From assembly GCA_050309775.1 (NCBI GenBank), contig JBNRMV010000013.1, forward strand, positions 13,255 to 77,254: 64,000 nucleotides of DNA, written 5' to 3'. This stretch comes from Christensenellales bacterium (GTDB lineage Bacteria; Bacillota; Clostridia; Christensenellales; DTU072). The notes beneath the pieces were generated by a model that saw only the letters and a list, made by a program, of their open reading frames with translations, did not search any database and was not told the origin of the DNA. Position numbers and translations under genes: made by a program. Shown one piece after another: positions 60,418 to 64,000 of the stretch (position 1 is the first letter of the stretch; each line of letters opens with the position of its first letter).

Positions 60418-62187
60418 CTATTTTTTGCCAAACTTCTTTCTGCTGGGTTTCTTTGCGGCGGCTATCGCTTTGCGTATGACGGGTTGGTTTTCTTTTTTGC
60501 GGTATTGCAGCATCGCCCGTTGCGCGCTTTTTTCTTCTTGGCTGCGCGGCACATACACCTCTTCATCTGTTTCCGGGTCTAGCCCCGTATAGTACATGCA
60601 AGTCGACCTTGTCGACGGCGTGGGATAAAAATCCTGCACTTGCTCCGGCATATACCCCTGACTTTTCAGATATTCGGTCAAATTCATTGCGTCTTCAATT
60701 GTGCTGCCGGGATGTGAAGAAATCAAATACGGCACAAGGTACTGTTCCTTGCCCTGACGGTTGTTCTCTTCCTTAAAGCGCTGCGCAAAAGCCTTATATG
60801 CGGCAAACGGCGGTTTGTTCATCAGCCGCAAGACATTTTCTTCAGAGTGTTCGGGCGCAACTTTCAGTTGTCCGCTTATGTGGTGCGCCACAAGCTCGCG
60901 AAAAAACTCCTTGTTTTGGTCATACATGACATAATCAAATCGAATGCCGCTGCGCACAAAGACCTTTTTTATTTTTGGCAGTTCTCTTACTGTCCTTAGT
61001 ATATCCAAATATTCGCTATGGTCAACCGCAAGGTTTTCACAAGGTGAATTGCCGATGCAATGCTTGTCCGGGCAAACGCCGTCTTTTCTTTTTTTGCACG
61101 GTGGATTGCGAAAATTTGCCGTCGGACCGCCTATGTCATGAATATATCCTTTGAAATCGGCTTTATTTGTCAAGCGTATTGCTTCGTCTACAATGCTTTC
61201 TTTGCTCCTTTTGGAAATCATTCTGCCCTGATGAAAGGACAGCGCGCAAAAGGAACAGCCGCCAAAACAGCCTCTGTGTGAAGTAATGCTGAATTTTACT
61301 TCCAGAATAGCCGGTACACCGTCTCTGTATGAGGGGTGCGGCCCACCGACAAACGGCAAGGCGTACACCCTATCCATCTCGTCTTGCGTCAGCGGAACAG
61401 ACGGAGGATTTATCACCACATAATCCTTGCCGTGCTTTTGGACAAGCGGCTTGGCTTTCATGTTGTTTGCCGAATAAGCCTGTTGTTTGTATGCTTTCAA
61501 GAACTTCTTTTTGTCGGCAACAACCTCCTCAAATGTAGGACAATAATCCACGCCGCCAGATTGAAACTTTTCTTTCATGTTTTTTGACAATCCGTCAAAA
61601 GATGTCAGATATCCCGTTCCGTTGACATCCTTGACATTGTCCAATCGGCGGCTCTTTTTTGCTATGTCCAACAAGTCCCAAAGTGGTCTTTCACCCATGC
61701 CATAAACCAACAAATCGGCTGCTGTGTCAACAAGGATTGACGGCATTATGCTGTCCGACCAATAGTCATAATGCGCCATTCGGCGCAAACTGCCTTCCAT
61801 GCCTCCGATAATAACTGTTGTGCCGGGAAAAATCCTTTTCAGTGCGCGGCAATATACGGTCAGCGCCCTGTCGGGTCTTGCTCCTGCCTTGCCCCCTTCG
61901 CTGTAAACATCGGTGCTTCTTTTGCGCTTGGCTGCTGTATAATTGTTCACCATGCTGTCAACAACTCCGCCCGAAACAAGAAAAGCAATGTTCGGTCTGC
62001 CGAATTTTGAAAAATCCTTATCCGTCCTGGGCTGTGACATTATGGCGACGGAAAAGCCTTCCGCCGCGACAATGCGCGAAATAATGGCGCTGCCAAAAGA
62101 CGGATGGTCTACATACGCTTCAGGCGTGACCAACACAAAGTCAACCGGCAGACTTGTTTCATGAGGCTCCAGCGGTAAAAACTTCAT
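60418..62187 (-). CDS. ygiQ: YgiQ family radical SAM protein (UPF0313)
   Basis: 589 aa. N-terminal VLVTPEAYVDHPSFG, radical SAM motif CFGGCSFC, and a basic C-terminal tail. Confidence 0.85.
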   Translation of the reverse strand: MKFLPLEPHETSLPVDFVLVTPEAYVDHPSFGSAIISRIVAAEGFSVAIMSQPRTDKDFSKFGRPNIAFLVSGGVVDSMVNNYTAAKRKRSTDVYSEGGKAGARPDRALTVYCRALKRIFPGTTVIIGGMEGSLRRMAHYDYWSDSIMPSILVDTAADLLVYGMGERPLWDLLDIAKKSRRLDNVKDVNGTGYLTSFDGLSKNMKEKFQSGGVDYCPTFEEVVADKKKFLKAYKQQAYSANNMKAKPLVQKHGKDYVVINPPSVPLTQDEMDRVYALPFVGGPHPSYRDGVPAILEVKFSITSHRGCFGGCSFCALSFHQGRMISKRSKESIVDEAIRLTNKADFKGYIHDIGGPTANFRNPPCKKRKDGVCPDKHCIGNSPCENLAVDHSEYLDILRTVRELPKIKKVFVRSGIRFDYVMYDQNKEFFRELVAHHISGQLKVAPEHSEENVLRLMNKPPFAAYKAFAQRFKEENNRQGKEQYLVPYLISSHPGSTIEDAMNLTEYLKSQGYMPEQVQDFYPTPSTRSTCMYYTGLDPETDEEVYVPRSQEEKSAQRAMLQYRKKENQPVIRKAIAAAKKPSRKKFGKK

Positions 62188-64000
62188 CAGCCGAAGTACC
62201 CTATGCCGCTTTCAAAAATACGCATATCAAATTCTCCGCCGACATTCTTGTACAGGTTTTTGCCGATTCTTTCGGCATGTCCCATTTTGCCAAGTATTCT
62301 GCCGTCGGGAGAAGTAATACCCTCTATTGCCAGCATAGACCCGTTCGGGTTCCAAGGAGAGGTCATCGTTACATTGTCGGACAAATCTACATATTGCGTG
62401 GCAATCTGTCCATTGTCGACCAATCTGGCTAATTCTGTATCGTTTGCAACAAATCTGCCCTCACCATGGCTTATCGGCACATTGAATACATCGCCTACAT
62501 ATACGCTGTTGAACCAAGGGCTAAGGTTTGAGGACACTCTTATTCTGGAAATAGTGCTGACATGGCGGTTTATGTTGTTGTAAGTCAGCGTGGGAGATTG
62601 CGCCGTCTGTACCTCTATTCTGCCGTACGGCAACAGTCCGAGTTTTATTAGCGCCTGAAAGCCGTTGCAGATGCCCAAAATAAGCCCGTCACGCTGGTTC
62701 AGCAGTTCATGCACCGCTTCCGCAAGCGCGGCATTGCGGAAAGTAGTGGCTATGAATTTGCCGCTGCCCTCCGGCTCGTCACCGCCGGAAAAACCGCCGG
62801 GGAAAGCTATTATTTGCGCCTTTGAAATGGCGCTCTTAAAAGCTTCAATGGTTTCTTTTATGTCGTTTGTTGACTGGTTGCGCACTACTACGATATTGGG
62901 GTCGCCGCCGGCAAGCCTGAATCTCTTTGCCGTATCGTATTCGCAATTTGTGCCGGGGAACGCTGGAATAAAAATATTTGGTTTGGCAAACTTGTGTTTA
63001 CTCTTATATGTCTCTTTTACCGAATAGTTAAAGGCCTTTGCTTCTCCATCTGCGGCGGCTTTTGTGGGGAAAACACTTTCCAGTCTGCTTGTATAGGCTT
63101 TGAGTATTTCTTCAGAACAAATGTTCATTTCCATGCCTTTTATGCAGCCGCTGTCGTCCACTATGCCCAGATACTCGCTTTCAAGCATCTCCATTTCGGA
63201 AATATCCTTGACGGCAACAATAAAGTCACCGTAAGCCGGCATAAAATAATCAGGTGTCATTTTTGCAAATGAAATGCCGGCGCCCTCTCCCAAAAGCGAT
63301 TTTATCACGGCGGACATGGTATCGTTTTCGACAACGGTAGCAGCCTCAATGTTGCCCATTTCTATGTTTACATTCAATATGCTGTATATCTTTTTCAGAT
63401 ATTTGAAGTCGGGAACAAAATCGGCATCTCTTTTAAGCTTTATTAAAAACAGCTTTTGACCTTTGCGAAATACATTGGTGATAAGCGTATTGGCATCGGC
63501 TATACCCATGCCGAAAGAAATCAGCGTCGGCGGAACATCCAACTCATTAAATGAGCCGCTCATGGAATCTTTGCCGCCTATTGCGGCTATGCCAAGGTTT
63601 ATTTGCGCATAAAGCGCCCCCAACAAAGCGCCTGTGACCTCTCCCCATCTTTCCGGGTCGTCACGCAGTTTTTTGAAATATTCCTGCATAGTCAACCTTA
63701 TAGTTTGGGGCGCCACACCTGCGGCTATCAACTTGTTTATGGACATCACCACAGAATATATAGCGCCTTTGAACGGAGAAATCTCCAAAAGGTCAATCGG
63801 GCAAGCAAAACTTGATACCGTAGCCGTCATGGTATCACCTTCAACCGGAGGTTTTGACGCCATGACAAGACTGGGCGTAAGTTGATATTTGCCGCCAAGC
63901 GGTACAAATATCGAACCTGCGCCAATCGTGCTGTCAAACATTTCGATTAAGCCTTTTTGCGAACAGACTTTCAGAGATGAAAGCGTCCTTTTTATTGCCT
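62187..64000 (-). CDS. purL: Phosphoribosylformylglycinamidine synthase, single-chain large type; C-terminal ~600 aa only (gene continues past window end)
   Basis: The frame stays open from 63941 to the window edge (hand check: ...AIKRTLSSLKVCSQKGLIEMFDSTIGAGS). PurM-like repeat plus a C-terminal glutamine amidotransferase (GICNGFQAL, HGEGRF). ATGA overlap with ygiQ. Confidence 0.9.
   Translation of the reverse strand, partial: AIKRTLSSLKVCSQKGLIEMFDSTIGAGSIFVPLGGKYQLTPSLVMASKPPVEGDTMTATVSSFACPIDLLEISPFKGAIYSVVMSINKLIAAGVAPQTIRLTMQEYFKKLRDDPERWGEVTGALLGALYAQINLGIAAIGGKDSMSGSFNELDVPPTLISFGMGIADANTLITNVFRKGQKLFLIKLKRDADFVPDFKYLKKIYSILNVNIEMGNIEAATVVENDTMSAVIKSLLGEGAGISFAKMTPDYFMPAYGDFIVAVKDISEMEMLESEYLGIVDDSGCIKGMEMNICSEEILKAYTSRLESVFPTKAAADGEAKAFNYSVKETYKSKHKFAKPNIFIPAFPGTNCEYDTAKRFRLAGGDPNIVVVRNQSTNDIKETIEAFKSAISKAQIIAFPGGFSGGDEPEGSGKFIATTFRNAALAEAVHELLNQRDGLILGICNGFQALIKLGLLPYGRIEVQTAQSPTLTYNNINRHVSTISRIRVSSNLSPWFNSVYVGDVFNVPISHGEGRFVANDTELARLVDNGQIATQYVDLSDNVTMTSPWNPNGSMLAIEGITSPDGRILGKMGHAERIGKNLYKNVGGEFDMRIFESGIGYFG

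Overview
This 64-kb window looks like core chromosome of a mid-GC, endospore-forming Firmicute of Clostridia type. The evidence is yqfC/yqfD sporulation genes, a SCIFF locus, a long-form HPF and pyruvate phosphate dikinase. I call about 63 CDS, 2 tRNAs, 1 TPP riboswitch and several promoters and terminators. All calls come from reading the ORF track and the DNA by eye; no searches were run.

Gene content by position:
- 0-9.8 kb (minus strand): recJ (partial), secDF, the SCIFF precursor and maturase, yajC-tgt-queA and ruvCAB.
- 9.9-22.1 kb: two arginine-biosynthesis operons, argGH and argD-carB-argF. They flank a minus-strand NitT/TauT-type ABC importer cluster.
- 22.2-24.9 kb: thiamine salvage, comprising a TPP riboswitch with thiT, plus thiN.
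- 24.9-33.3 kb: pgi, hpf, galU, two tandem tRNA-Leu genes, and a gtrA-degV-apbE-NusG_II-Gx operon.
- 33.2-64 kb (all minus strand): rpe-rsgA-rlmN-fmt-def-priA-coaBC-rpoZ-gmk-yicC, ligA-pcrA, ppdK, recO, yqzL, a ybeY::era fusion, pgpH, yqfD/yqfC, rluD-lspA-sepF-yggS, an SSB-like gene, ygiQ and purL (partial).

I saw no CRISPR array, transposase, integrase, phage block or recognisable defence island. I cannot point to an unambiguous new multi-gene system.

The best leads are:
1. A 56-aa SCIFF/ranthipeptide precursor that is absent from the ORF track, coupled to its radical-SAM maturase.
2. The arg-embedded ABC cluster. It has an unclassified terminator/antiterminator leader RNA, a TM1266-like ACT-fold protein and a catalytically degenerate MalK-like ATPase.
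3. A tRNA-Leu with an A34 (AAG) anticodon.
4. An in-frame YbeY-Era fusion.
5. A tandem-OB SSB-like protein with a Cys-rich acidic tail.
6. A ThiT carrying a 5-TM N-terminal extension.

Start codons were chosen from SD spacing and family N-termini and may be off by a few codons.
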